Of a DNA stretch of 32,000 nucleotides, positions 6,700-15,159 are shown in pieces (the stretch's first letter is position 1; each line of letters starts with the position of its first letter). Location of the stretch: contig JAFTKX010000047.1 in NCBI GenBank assembly GCA_017453045.1, forward strand, positions 7,357-39,356. The letters run 5' to 3'. Source of the stretch: Clostridia bacterium (GTDB lineage Bacteria > Bacillota > Clostridia > Christensenellales > Borkfalkiaceae). The notes below the pieces were generated by a model. It saw only the letters and a program-made list of their open reading frames with translations, made no database searches and was not told the DNA's origin. The position numbers were made by a program, and so were the translations under genes.

Positions 6700-8478
6700 C
6701 TATTCTTCTACGTTAACGGTAACACCGCTAAACGTCTTTTTTACTTTTTCAACTTCGCTCGTAAAAGTATCGACCTTTTCTTCGCCTGCCTTAACGATTT
6801 CAATATCGTAATCGCCGATTGATTTGACCGTTTTTGACAAAATCGCAAGGTTGTTTTCTTTTACGACGGCTTGATAACCCGCGTCGTCGTTCGCTATTAT
6901 TCTCAACGTTTTGCCAACGAGTTTTGCATCCATCTCTTGACACGCTACCCAAAGCACGATATTCTTTTCAAGCCTTAACTGTCTTATAACCCTACCCCAA
7001 AGTTTTCCACCGCTTATCAGGGGCGTAGGCTTTAAATCTTCTTTAGAAGGTTCTCTCTTTTCTTCCGCAACAGGTCTTTCTTTCGGTTTTTCTATGGGTT
7101 TTTCTTCAAAACGGGGGGCTATAGGTCGATTATCAGCCTTTTTCGACTTTGAAATATCGCCGTAAAACCCTCCGCCAAAATCATCTTCAGGCGGGGCTTC
7201 GGGATAGCCTTCGTCAAAAGAAGGATAGTCCGATTCGACCTTTGCTTTCGGTTTACTCTCGACCTTTTGGGGTTGAGTTTTTTCAACGTCTATAACCTTT
7301 GCAGGCGCGCTATAAACTACGTTTGACGCGTTTTTGATTTGTTCTTCGAGAGAGTTTATTCTCGAAAGCAAGGCGTCGATATTATAATCGTTTTCGGGTT
7401 GAGAAGCCTTTATGCAAGCGCTTTCTAAAACCACTCTTGGATTTAAACTGTATCTTAAACTGCCCTCTGCCTCGGTAAAAATTTCAATCACTCTTAAAAG
7501 TCTATGTCCGTCGGCTTTATCCGCAATTTGACAAAGTTCGCCGTAAACGTCTTCGGGGAGTTCCAAAATGTCCCTTGCGTTTTTACAAGTTTTGCAAATG
7601 ACAACTTCTCTAAGCCTTGAAATAATATCTTTACACAAAACTCCAATACTTTTACCCGTTTCGCAAAGTTCTTCTACGTCTTCGAGCGTTCCGCTCGTGT
7701 CGGCGGTAACGATTTTGCTTATCATAGAAGTAATTTTTGAAGAATCGGTTGCTCCCAAAACTTCCAAAACGTCTGAATAAGTGAGTTTGGAATCTCTATA
7801 AGATACGCAAATGTCGGCGATAGAAAGAGCGTCTCTCGCGCTACCCGCGCCCGCCCTCGCGATTGCCATAACCGCGTCTTTATCGTATTCTTTACCAATT
7901 TCGTCGTAAATTCCGGCAATTAAATTCGCTATGTCTTTGGTTGGAATTATTCTAAAATCAAACCGCATACATCTTGATAATATAGTAGACGGAAGTTTAT
8001 GCGATTCTGTCGTTGCCAAAATAAAAACGGCGTGCTTGGGCGGTTCTTCTAAAGTTTTTAAAAGAGCGTTAAACGCTTCGGTTGTAAGCATGTGAACTTC
8101 GTCGATAATATAAACTTTATACCGCCCGCTAACCGGTGGATACTGAATTTTCTCCCTTATCTCCCTAACGTTTTCAACCTTGTTGTTCGACGCTGCGTCC
8201 ATTTCTAAAATATCAAGATTAGACGGATCGGAAAGAGCCTTGCAAACTTCACACTCGCCGCACGGCGAGCCGTCGACGGGCGATAGACAGTTTATCGCCT
8301 TTGCGAATATTTTTGCAGCGGACGTTTTACCCGTTCCGCGAGTACCGCAAAACAAATACGCGTGCCCTATTCTTCCGCTTGAAATTTGGTTTGCAAGCGT
8401 TCTTACTATGTGTTCCTGACCGATAAGCCCTTTAAAGCCGTTTGGTCGAAACCTTCTGTATAATGCTAAATATGCCAT
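6700..8478 (-). CDS. dnaX: DNA polymerase III subunits gamma/tau
   Basis: 592 aa with YRRFRP, Walker A GTRGTGKTS, zinc module CGECEVC, and IIDEVHMLT. Confidence 0.97.
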   Translation of the reverse strand: MAYLALYRRFRPNGFKGLIGQEHIVRTLANQISSGRIGHAYLFCGTRGTGKTSAAKIFAKAINCLSPVDGSPCGECEVCKALSDPSNLDILEMDAASNNKVENVREIREKIQYPPVSGRYKVYIIDEVHMLTTEAFNALLKTLEEPPKHAVFILATTESHKLPSTILSRCMRFDFRIIPTKDIANLIAGIYDEIGKEYDKDAVMAIARAGAGSARDALSIADICVSYRDSKLTYSDVLEVLGATDSSKITSMISKIVTADTSGTLEDVEELCETGKSIGVLCKDIISRLREVVICKTCKNARDILELPEDVYGELCQIADKADGHRLLRVIEIFTEAEGSLRYSLNPRVVLESACIKASQPENDYNIDALLSRINSLEEQIKNASNVVYSAPAKVIDVEKTQPQKVESKPKAKVESDYPSFDEGYPEAPPEDDFGGGFYGDISKSKKADNRPIAPRFEEKPIEKPKERPVAEEKREPSKEDLKPTPLISGGKLWGRVIRQLRLEKNIVLWVACQEMDAKLVGKTLRIIANDDAGYQAVVKENNLAILSKTVKSIGDYDIEIVKAGEEKVDTFTSEVEKVKKTFSGVTVNVEE

Positions 8479-8479
8479 A

Positions 8480-9028
8480 TTAACCTTTTAATTTTTTCTT
8501 TATTCTTTGAATCGCGTTGTCAACGGCTTTATCAGTCTTTCCAGTTATTTCGCTTATCTCTCCGTAAGAATGACCGCCGAGCCATAGCCTAAAAATTTTA
8601 TATTCGAGTTGAGATAAAAGATTTTTTATCTCGTTTTCAGTTTCTTCCTTGCCTTCCTTTTCGATAATAACGTCTTCAAGATTTTCAGTTTCGAGAAAAC
8701 TTATGGCGGTGAGCGACACCGACTCGTTTAAAGCCTTATTAGAATTATTACAGTCTTTCCTAACAGCCGTTTTTACGTTTGACGAAATGCAAGTGTAAGC
8801 AAAAGTTTTAAAGGCGGTATTCTTACTTTCGTCGTAAGTGTTGACGGCTTTTAAAAGCCCTAAAAACCCTTCTTGCAAAAGGTCGTCGTCATCTCCACCC
8901 GTTAAAAAATAACTTCTGCACACGGACTTAACGAGCCATTTATATCTCTCGCTAATTCTTTCAAAAGCGTTTAAATTACCCTGTTTATGTAGGGCTATAA
9001 GTTGATTATCAGTTAAATTATCAAACAT
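8480..9028 (-). CDS. sigH: RNA polymerase sporulation sigma factor SigH (Spo0H)-type sigma-70 family protein
   Basis: 182 aa with sigma-70 regions 2 and 4 (DLLQEGFLGLLKAV; YGEISEITGKTDKAVDNAIQRIKKKL). It shows the conserved Firmicute synteny mrnC-rlmB-sigH. Confidence 0.85.
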   Translation of the reverse strand: MFDNLTDNQLIALHKQGNLNAFERISERYKWLVKSVCRSYFLTGGDDDDLLQEGFLGLLKAVNTYDESKNTAFKTFAYTCISSNVKTAVRKDCNNSNKALNESVSLTAISFLETENLEDVIIEKEGKEETENEIKNLLSQLEYKIFRLWLGGHSYGEISEITGKTDKAVDNAIQRIKKKLKG

Positions 9029-9746
9029 TTCTTCTTTGACGAACTATCTCGAAAACTCCGATTCCCGTCGCAACCGACGCGTTTAAAGAATTGACTTTTC
9101 CCGAAAGCGGAATCGTTACTACGCCGTCGCATTTTTTAACCGTGAGTTTATTAACCCCCGTATCTTCTCCGCCGACGACTAAAGCAATTTTACCCTTTAA
9201 ATCGGTCTTGTAAATATCTCCGCCACCAAGTTCTAAAGCGTAAGTCCAAATTCCGTTTTCTTTTAAAGTATCAATCGCTTGATTTACGTTTGTAACCTTT
9301 GCTATTTTAACGTGATTTGCGCTACCTTCGGATATACGCATAACCGCGTCGGTTACGCTCGCGCTTCTATGTTTGCCGATTATAAGTCCGTCGACGCCTG
9401 CGCATTCGCAAACCCTTATAATACTACCCAAATTATGAGGATCTTCAATACCGTCTAACACGACGACGATACAATCGCTTTTTGAATTTGTAACGGCTAA
9501 AATGTCTTCGAGTTCGCAATACTTATAATCCGAAACGTAAGCAATATATCCTTGATGACGCCCCGTTTCACTTTCTTTATCAAGCACGGACTTGTCCGCA
9601 AACTGAAATTTCGCGCCCGATTTTTTAATGTCCTTTAAAAGTGTTTCGGATTCCGCCCCACGCATGCCGTTGGCGATTAAAATTTTATCAATAGTCTTTT
9701 TAGTTTTTAAAAGTTCTCTTACAGAATTTCTTCCTTCAATTTTCAT
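9021..9746 (-). CDS. rlmB: 23S rRNA (guanosine-2'-O)-methyltransferase RlmB / TrmH-family SpoU methyltransferase
   Basis: 241 aa with SpoU motifs (LDGIEDPHNLGSIIR; ALVVGGEDTGV; IPLSGKVNSLNASVA). Confidence 0.9.
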   Translation of the reverse strand: MKIEGRNSVRELLKTKKTIDKILIANGMRGAESETLLKDIKKSGAKFQFADKSVLDKESETGRHQGYIAYVSDYKYCELEDILAVTNSKSDCIVVVLDGIEDPHNLGSIIRVCECAGVDGLIIGKHRSASVTDAVMRISEGSANHVKIAKVTNVNQAIDTLKENGIWTYALELGGGDIYKTDLKGKIALVVGGEDTGVNKLTVKKCDGVVTIPLSGKVNSLNASVATGIGVFEIVRQRRNV

Positions 9747-10173
9747 CTTTTACCTCGTAATTTAAAAGGTCGGTTAGCCTTTGGTAATTGCCCGTGAGAT
9801 ACAAAAAACCGATAACCGCTTCAAAACCCGTCGCTTTATTGTATTCGACGACGCTTGCGTTTTTTGCCTTCGCTCCCTTTTTAGCGTTGCGAGCGCGCTT
9901 AAAAACGGCAATTTCTTCTTCGGTTAAAATTTCCATAAGTTCGTCGATTCGCTTTGACTGCGCTTTCGCGCAAACGATAGCCGACGAAAGTTTGTTTAGT
10001 TCGCCCGTTTTCGCGTCGCTTTCCGTCGCTAATTTTTCACGAACGAACAGCGTATAAACAGCGTCGCCGACAAACGCCAAAACTATGCTTGACAAACTCT
10101 TTGCCTTTTCTACGGTTAAAATTTCGCTCTCTTTAAACAAAACGCCACCACGGTAATGCTTTATTTTAACCAT
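9736..10173 (-). CDS. mrnC: Mini-ribonuclease 3
   Basis: 145 aa with LAFVGDAVYTLFVRE, the RNase III-like signature of Mini-III. The true start may lie downstream of the tracked ATG. Confidence 0.88.
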   Translation of the reverse strand: MVKIKHYRGGVLFKESEILTVEKAKSLSSIVLAFVGDAVYTLFVREKLATESDAKTGELNKLSSAIVCAKAQSKRIDELMEILTEEEIAVFKRARNAKKGAKAKNASVVEYNKATGFEAVIGFLYLTGNYQRLTDLLNYEVKDEN

Positions 10174-10259
10174 TATACCACACTTTTAATTTTTTTACAA
10201 TAAAATTAAAGCATATCGAATTTTAATTATTTATCTATTTTCAACCGTGAATATCGTTA

Positions 10260-10297
10260 TTAAAAACGAAAATTCCGAGAGTTGTTCTCGGAATTTT
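10260..10297 (-). terminator. rho-independent terminator after ylmC
   Basis: AAAATTCCGAGA-gttgt-TCTCGGAATTTT (10269-10297), followed on the minus strand by CGTTTTTAA. Confidence 0.6.
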
Positions 10298-10347
10298 CTC
10301 TAAAAATCGACTTATAGGCGGACTTTTATTAAGTTTGAAGTTTAAAA

Positions 10348-10638
10348 TTAGCAGTTATCCTCGTCGTAGTCGTCCGTTTCTAAACGGGCGCAATCTTCTT
10401 TTTTATGGCAAAGATTAACGAGTATTGCGTCGTCGCCTATCCTTTCGATACAAGCGAAATTGATAATGAGTTCGGCGCTCGTAAAAAAAGAAGTTTTTTT
10501 GCCCGATACTATAATACTTCTTATTTTACCTTCGGGATAAGTTAAGATAAAATCGGTAATTTTACCTAAATCTCTACCGTCGGCAATATTGATAACCTTC
10601 TTTTTCTTTAAGTCGGAAAAATTATACTCCATATACAA
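10348..10638 (-). CDS. ylmC: YlmC/YmxH-family sporulation protein (PRC-barrel)
   Basis: 96 aa with KKVINIADGRDLGKITDFIL...IERIGDDAILV, typical of the family. It lies downstream of sigG, as in Bacillus. Confidence 0.85.
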   Translation of the reverse strand: MYMEYNFSDLKKKKVINIADGRDLGKITDFILTYPEGKIRSIIVSGKKTSFFTSAELIINFACIERIGDDAILVNLCHKKEDCARLETDDYDEDNC

Positions 10639-10705
10639 ACCTCTTTATATTTTACGTTAGCAACTATAAAATATGCCGAAATTTGTAAAATTTTGTAACT
10701 AACGG

Positions 10706-11476
10706 CTAATTTATACTCTTTTTTAATCTTACGAGAGCCGACTTTTCAAGCCTTGACACTTGGGCTTGCGAAAGCCCTATTTCAGCCGAAATTTCAGTTT
10801 GCGTTTTGCCTTCGTAATAACGCATATATACGATTTTTCTCTCTCTTTCTTCAAGTTTTTCAAGGGCGGTTTCTAACGCGACGTTTTCAGTCCACTTTTC
10901 GTCCGTGTTTTTTTCGTCGCCAATTTGGTCCATCAAAAGCAGTTCGTCGCCGTTTTTATTATATACGGGATCGTAAATTGATACGGGGTCGGCAATCGCG
11001 TCGAGCGCGTACACCACTTCTTTTTCTGCAATATTTAGCCTTTCGGCTATTTGCGACATAGTAGCCGTATCTCCTATTTCGCTTTCGATTTGACTTCTCG
11101 CTTGCAATACTTTATACGCGGTATCTCTAATACTTCTTGAAACGCGCATACTATTACTTTGCCTAATTACTCGCTTTATCTCACCTATAATCATAGGTAC
11201 GGCGTAGGTTGAAAATCTTACGCCGACGCTTAAATCAAAATTTTCAACCGATTTTATAAGACCTATCATACCCGCCTGAAACATATCTTCAGGCGAAATT
11301 TTCGATTGCGGAAATCTTCTTATTATAGAAAGCACCAACCTTGCGTTTGCAATGGTAAAGGTCTCTTTTGCTTCTTCATCCCCTTCCTTAATTTTTATAA
11401 GAAGTTCCCTGCTTTGAGTATGCGTCAACTTTAATAAGTTCGACGTATCTATTCCACAAATATCTACTTTCCACAT
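10706..11476 (-). CDS. sigG: RNA polymerase sporulation sigma factor SigG
   Basis: 256 aa with KVDICGIDTSNL, STYAVPMIIGEIKR, MRVSRSIRD and GLSQAQVSRLEK, closely parallel to B. subtilis SigG. Confidence 0.93.
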   Translation of the reverse strand: MWKVDICGIDTSNLLKLTHTQSRELLIKIKEGDEEAKETFTIANARLVLSIIRRFPQSKISPEDMFQAGMIGLIKSVENFDLSVGVRFSTYAVPMIIGEIKRVIRQSNSMRVSRSIRDTAYKVLQARSQIESEIGDTATMSQIAERLNIAEKEVVYALDAIADPVSIYDPVYNKNGDELLLMDQIGDEKNTDEKWTENVALETALEKLEERERKIVYMRYYEGKTQTEISAEIGLSQAQVSRLEKSALVRLKKSIN

Positions 11477-11610
11477 TTTTAACTACCTCCTTAAAAGTAT
11501 GTACGAACATAAAAAGGTAATTGCTACGGGTTTATCATTATACTGCGCAAATTTTGTAAAAGTATAAAATCTTTTTGCTCTTTTTAGCAAAAAAGGGGGC
11601 TTTCGTTTTA

Positions 11611-11640
11611 GAAAACCCCACCTATAAGTCGATTATTAAC
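11611..11640. repeat. direct repeat copy F2 (GAAAACCCCACCTATAAGTCGATTATTAAC)
   Basis: Near-identical to 13294-13322 (one mismatch, one 1-nt indel). Each copy is preceded by a short G/C hairpin and an A-run. Confidence 0.75.
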
Positions 11641-11704
11641 AATTTTTGGTAAAACTTTATCGGTCGCTCAAATGGGTAAGACCGCAAAATAAATCTTGCT
11701 ACCC

Positions 11705-12733
11705 TTAAACTTTTTTAATTTCTTTTAGCGCGTTAAACGTAATTTTCTTATCAAAATAATGTTCTCTATTTGGATATATTACGAAACGGCAATTATTTTC
11801 CGCATTTTCTTTTTTGTAAATTTTTTCAATTACAGAATACACGTCTTTACTTCCATCAAGAAGGAAAATCGGATCTTTTTCGCCTACGCAAACCAAAAGT
11901 TTTCTCGGCGCAATCAAGCACGCAAGTTCGCCCATATCAAAATATTTTGCGATATACGGAACGTAGTTGCAACTACAATGCCAAAGTTCGGCAATACTCT
12001 GTTCAAACGAACACACAGCGCAAGTAGGTACGGCAACTTTAATTCTTTGGTCAAAGCACGCCGAGTAATAAGTAGCCGTTCCACCGCCCGAAGTACCAAG
12101 CATAACGATATCTTCTAAATCTAAATTATCCGCAAAATACGATAAACTGTCAATAGCCTTTGAAACGTCCCAAACTCTTTCGCCGATTAAAGTTCTTCCA
12201 AGAAGTAACGCGGTCATTGCGGTATGATAACATCCGCAAGTGAGAGCGCGCCCTCTGTCTTGACGCGGAGTTGTCCTTATTCCCATACCGCGCTGTTCGA
12301 GAGCAAGGGCGGCGTAGCCGTTTTTTACAGCGTCGAGAGCAAAAGTGCTCGTTTTAAGCGACGCGTCGTCTTCTTCGTACTTTTTCTCGCCGATTGAAAT
12401 ATGAAAACCCGTTGTATGACCTTGCACGCAAACGCAAACTGGATGTTTTTTCTTGCCGTCGTTTGGGATAAGCAAATAACACGGTACGACGCAACCCTTT
12501 TCGCTCTCAAAAACGTACTGATAGCGAGTGTATTCGTCAGTTTTTACAACTTCTTGAACTTCGACTTTAATTTCGCAAGCGTTTTTAGCAATTTCGTCAA
12601 GACCTAATAATTCGACGTATTTTTCCCTTATCTTTTCCTTCCACGCCGAATAGTCTTGATTTTCATCAAAAGAAAGAATAGGCTTATTTTTTAATAAATT
12701 TTCGTGCAAAGTATCTATATTTATATTTTTCAT
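11705..12733 (-). CDS. alpha/beta hydrolase (acetyl-esterase / dienelactone-hydrolase-like)
   Basis: 342 aa with the nucleophile elbow GTSGGG plus candidate triad Asp (GEKDPIF) and His (NREHYF). Confidence 0.8.
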   Translation of the reverse strand: MKNINIDTLHENLLKNKPILSFDENQDYSAWKEKIREKYVELLGLDEIAKNACEIKVEVQEVVKTDEYTRYQYVFESEKGCVVPCYLLIPNDGKKKHPVCVCVQGHTTGFHISIGEKKYEEDDASLKTSTFALDAVKNGYAALALEQRGMGIRTTPRQDRGRALTCGCYHTAMTALLLGRTLIGERVWDVSKAIDSLSYFADNLDLEDIVMLGTSGGGTATYYSACFDQRIKVAVPTCAVCSFEQSIAELWHCSCNYVPYIAKYFDMGELACLIAPRKLLVCVGEKDPIFLLDGSKDVYSVIEKIYKKENAENNCRFVIYPNREHYFDKKITFNALKEIKKV

Positions 12734-13022
12734 TTTTCCATTTCCACCTTTAAATTTTCCGTTTTTAAATTTTTCACGGCAAAATAGCCGTTGTATTCGG
12801 TTTTAGTTTTTACGTCAATATTCTTTAGGGTAAAGTCAAACAACTCGTAATCTTTACTCTACGAAACGCTTAAACTTTCGGTTTTCGCCTTTTCGCTATT
12901 TAAAACGCCGTAATCAGTTATTACATACTGCTTAAAGTTCTTCAAGAGTTGAATTTTTCGTTATAAAACCACTTGTCAATAGGCGTTCCGTCGGGGAATT
13001 TTTCTTTTTTACAATCTCTCAT
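12730..13022 (-). pseudogene. decayed ORF (one frameshift, one in-frame TAG) upstream of and overlapping the hydrolase start
   Basis: Hand translation gives MRDCKKEKFPDGTPIDKWFYNEKFNS*, then a -1 shift to LLKNFKQYVITDYGVLNSEKAKTESLSVS, a TAG stop, then SKDYELFDFTLKNIDVKTKTEYNGYFAVKNLKTENLKVEMEK*. It ends in an ATGA overlap with the hydrolase ATG. Confidence 0.45.
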
Positions 13023-13080
13023 AAAAATCTTTTTCGACGACAAAAAACACACGTTTCGACGCATTGCTTATAATAAATTT

Positions 13081-13109
13081 ATTGTAATAAAACTACGAGA
13101 ATTTTGCAA
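13081..13109 (-). promoter_or_regulatory. candidate sigma-A promoter of the pseudogene/hydrolase unit
   Basis: Minus strand reads TTGCAA (13104-13109), 17 nt, TACAAT (13081-13086). Confidence 0.35.
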
Positions 13110-13175
13110 GGTTTATCTTAAAATATTTTAATTTTTAAACGAGTAAAACACAAAATTTGTTTGCTTTATATTTTG

Positions 13176-13270
13176 GGAGGGGCAAGCCCTCCCCTACGGC
13201 TTGCAAGGTTTAAACCTTAGTCGAGAAAGCAATTTTAAAAAATTATATAAAATCTCGCTTGCGTTACGGC
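13176..13270. repeat. ~95-nt intergenic repeat, copy R1
   Basis: GGAGGGGCAAGCCCTCCCCTACGGCTTGCAA is identical to 14961-14991. Similarity continues at roughly 80% through ...AAAATCTCGCT. Confidence 0.75.
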
Positions 13271-13293
13271 AAAATAAAAAGGGTTTCCATAAA

Positions 13294-13322
13294 GAAAACC
13301 CACCTATAAGTTGATTATTAAC
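13294..13322. repeat. direct repeat copy F1 (GAAAACCCACCTATAAGTTGATTATTAAC), 3 nt after the sigE stop codon
   Basis: See 11611-11640. Confidence 0.75.
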
Positions 13323-13325
13323 CTT

Positions 13326-14027
13326 TTACGCCATTTTCATAAACTCTTTTTTTAGTCTTGAAACAATCTTTTTTTCAAGGCGAGAAATATAACTTTGGGA
13401 TATACCCATAAGATCGGCAACTTCCTTTTGGGTTAGTTCCTCCCCACCGCCAAGACCAAACCTAAGACGCATAATTTGCTTTTCCCTTGGACTAAGTTTT
13501 TCTATCGCTTTGTTTAAAATTTCTTTTTCGGCGCTAAGTTCAATATCCTTGTAAACGACGTCGGTATCCGTTCCTAAAACGTCGGATAGGAGCAATTCGT
13601 TCCCCTCGTAATCTACGTTTAACGGCTCGTCTAACGACACTTCGCCCTTTAGTTTTACAACTCGTCTTAAGTGCATTAAAATTTCATTTTCGATACATCT
13701 TGACGCGTAAGTTGCAAGTTTGATATTTTTTTCGGTGTTGAAAGTTTTTACCGCCTTTATAAGCCCTATAGTACCTACCGAAACCAAGTCGTCAAGTTCA
13801 ACGCCCGTATTGTCAAACTTGCGCGCAATATAAACTACGAGCCTTAAATTATGTTCGATAAGCAGACTTCTAACCCCTTCCTCATCGTCGGAAAGACGGG
13901 ATAAAAGTTCTTGTTCTTCGTCTTGGGTATACGGTTCGGGCAGGGCTTCCGCGCCGTTTAAATAATGAACGAAATTATCGTCTTCGCCAAATAATTTTTT
14001 AATAATTTTTTCAATTAAACTTACCAT
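13326..14027 (-). CDS. sigE: RNA polymerase sporulation sigma factor SigE (pro-sigma-E)
   Basis: 233 aa with [39 protein letters not shown] and [12 protein letters not shown]. It lies directly downstream of spoIIGA. Confidence 0.95.
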   Translation of the reverse strand: MVSLIEKIIKKLFGEDDNFVHYLNGAEALPEPYTQDEEQELLSRLSDDEEGVRSLLIEHNLRLVVYIARKFDNTGVELDDLVSVGTIGLIKAVKTFNTEKNIKLATYASRCIENEILMHLRRVVKLKGEVSLDEPLNVDYEGNELLLSDVLGTDTDVVYKDIELSAEKEILNKAIEKLSPREKQIMRLRFGLGGGEELTQKEVADLMGISQSYISRLEKKIVSRLKKEFMKMA

Positions 14028-14028
14028 T

Positions 14029-14850
14029 TTACACCTCTAAAACGAGCGGTCCAAGCAATAGGTCGTATTCTTCTCCACTTGAAAAACCGCCGTCTATTAC
14101 GCCAAGCATTACGTTATATAATATATTCGTCTTATCGCCGTTATATATCAAAAATTTGTCAATTTTATAAATAGGAATTACGCTTTTGCCCGACACCGTA
14201 CTTATAGTAACGACGTCTTTAGGCATTTGCAAAACGCCTTCGCTTTTTAATTTTTTACCGATTTTATTTGCGCATAATATAATAGGACTATCCGTTTCTT
14301 TATAGTAAAGGGAATTTCCGCTATCTAAAAAACCTAAAAACGAAAACGATTTACCGCCCATTTTCACTATGCAATTTATAGAAAAGGACGAAAGCGTTTT
14401 TCTTTTATAAAATTCTTTTACTATTTTGCAGGCAAAAAGGTAAGTTACAAAAACCAAAGACAAAATTATGAACAAAGGAATTTTTGCGCCGTTTGCGTAA
14501 CTTATAGGGTCGAAACTTAAATTTAGCCCCCAAAAAACCGCTGTAACCACTCCGCCAAACAAAAAGGTAAAGAACAAAAACAGATAAAAGCATTTTATAA
14601 ATTCTTTTACGTTTTTAAATTTACCGCTTGCAACAACTATCAAAAGTCCCATCGGCATTTTTAACGGAAAGGAAATGGCGACGGGCAAGTTTAAAACGGG
14701 CGTAACGACGGCAACCAATCCGCCTATTACGGCTGAAAGGCAAACCAACGAATATTTTACTTGCAATTTTAAACTTTTACGCGTTAAAACGATAAGCATT
14801 AAATCTATTATAAAATTGTCTAAAAAAACGTATTCGACGTAGACGACCAT
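14029..14850 (-). CDS. spoIIGA: sigma-E processing peptidase SpoIIGA
   Basis: 273 aa: a polytopic membrane N-terminal half plus a C-terminal aspartic protease motif GFLDSGNSL. Adjacent to sigE. Confidence 0.93.
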   Translation of the reverse strand: MVVYVEYVFLDNFIIDLMLIVLTRKSLKLQVKYSLVCLSAVIGGLVAVVTPVLNLPVAISFPLKMPMGLLIVVASGKFKNVKEFIKCFYLFLFFTFLFGGVVTAVFWGLNLSFDPISYANGAKIPLFIILSLVFVTYLFACKIVKEFYKRKTLSSFSINCIVKMGGKSFSFLGFLDSGNSLYYKETDSPIILCANKIGKKLKSEGVLQMPKDVVTISTVSGKSVIPIYKIDKFLIYNGDKTNILYNVMLGVIDGGFSSGEEYDLLLGPLVLEV

Positions 14851-14960
14851 AAAACGATTTTAACTCAATTTATAACTCGTTTTAACGGTGTTTTTGTTTA
14901 TTTTGCAATTCTTTTGTCGCAAAGCGTTTTAATGCGCTTAAAAGAAAATTACAAATTAAA

Positions 14961-15055
14961 GGAGGGGCAAGCCCTCCCCTACGGCTTGCAAAGGTTTAGA
15001 ACTTCGCCGAGTTGCAACTTTTTAAAGAAAAATTATAAAATCTCGCTATCGCTTT
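14961..15055. repeat. ~95-nt intergenic repeat, copy R2 (upstream of spoIIGA)
   Basis: See 13176-13270. Confidence 0.75.
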
Positions 15056-15105
15056 TTTAAAAAAACCTTTTTCTACGGCTTACTGCAACGTGATTTTTGC
15101 ATAAA

Positions 15106-15146
15106 AAATGCGATTAATCGACTTATACGCCGACTAATCGCATTTT
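15106..15146 (-). terminator. terminator after ppx
   Basis: GCGATTAATCG-acttatacgc-CGACTAATCGC hairpin (10/11 bp), followed on the minus strand by ATTTTTTAT. Confidence 0.6.
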
Positions 15147-15159
15147 ACGTTATTTAAAT

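Noticed and set aside
5820-8419. Plus-strand ORFs 5820-6260, 5987-6451, 6482-6811, 7568-7780 and 8180-8419, plus minus-strand ORF 7722-7919, inside recR/ybaB/dnaX
   Set aside because: They are antisense or alternative-frame shadows of strongly supported genes. Their translations are low-complexity (Ser/Leu/Phe-rich) with no motifs or RBS.
11477-11560. GTATA...CAATTA upstream of sigG, considered as a sigma-F/sigma-G forespore promoter
   Set aside because: The -10 does not fit the consensus sequences I remember well enough, and the spacing is uncertain. I cannot support it from sequence alone.
9788-12607. ORFs 9788-10057, 10753-11061, 11759-12118, 11770-12027, 11914-12099, 12325-12510 and 12401-12607
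   Set aside because: They are shadow ORFs overlapping mrnC, sigG and the alpha/beta hydrolase, with Arg/Phe-rich nonsense composition.
11476-13326. The sigE-sigG interruption, considered as a skin-like intervening element
   Set aside because: The insertion is intergenic. Both sigma genes are intact and no recombinase is present, so it is not a developmentally excised element of the sigK/skin type.
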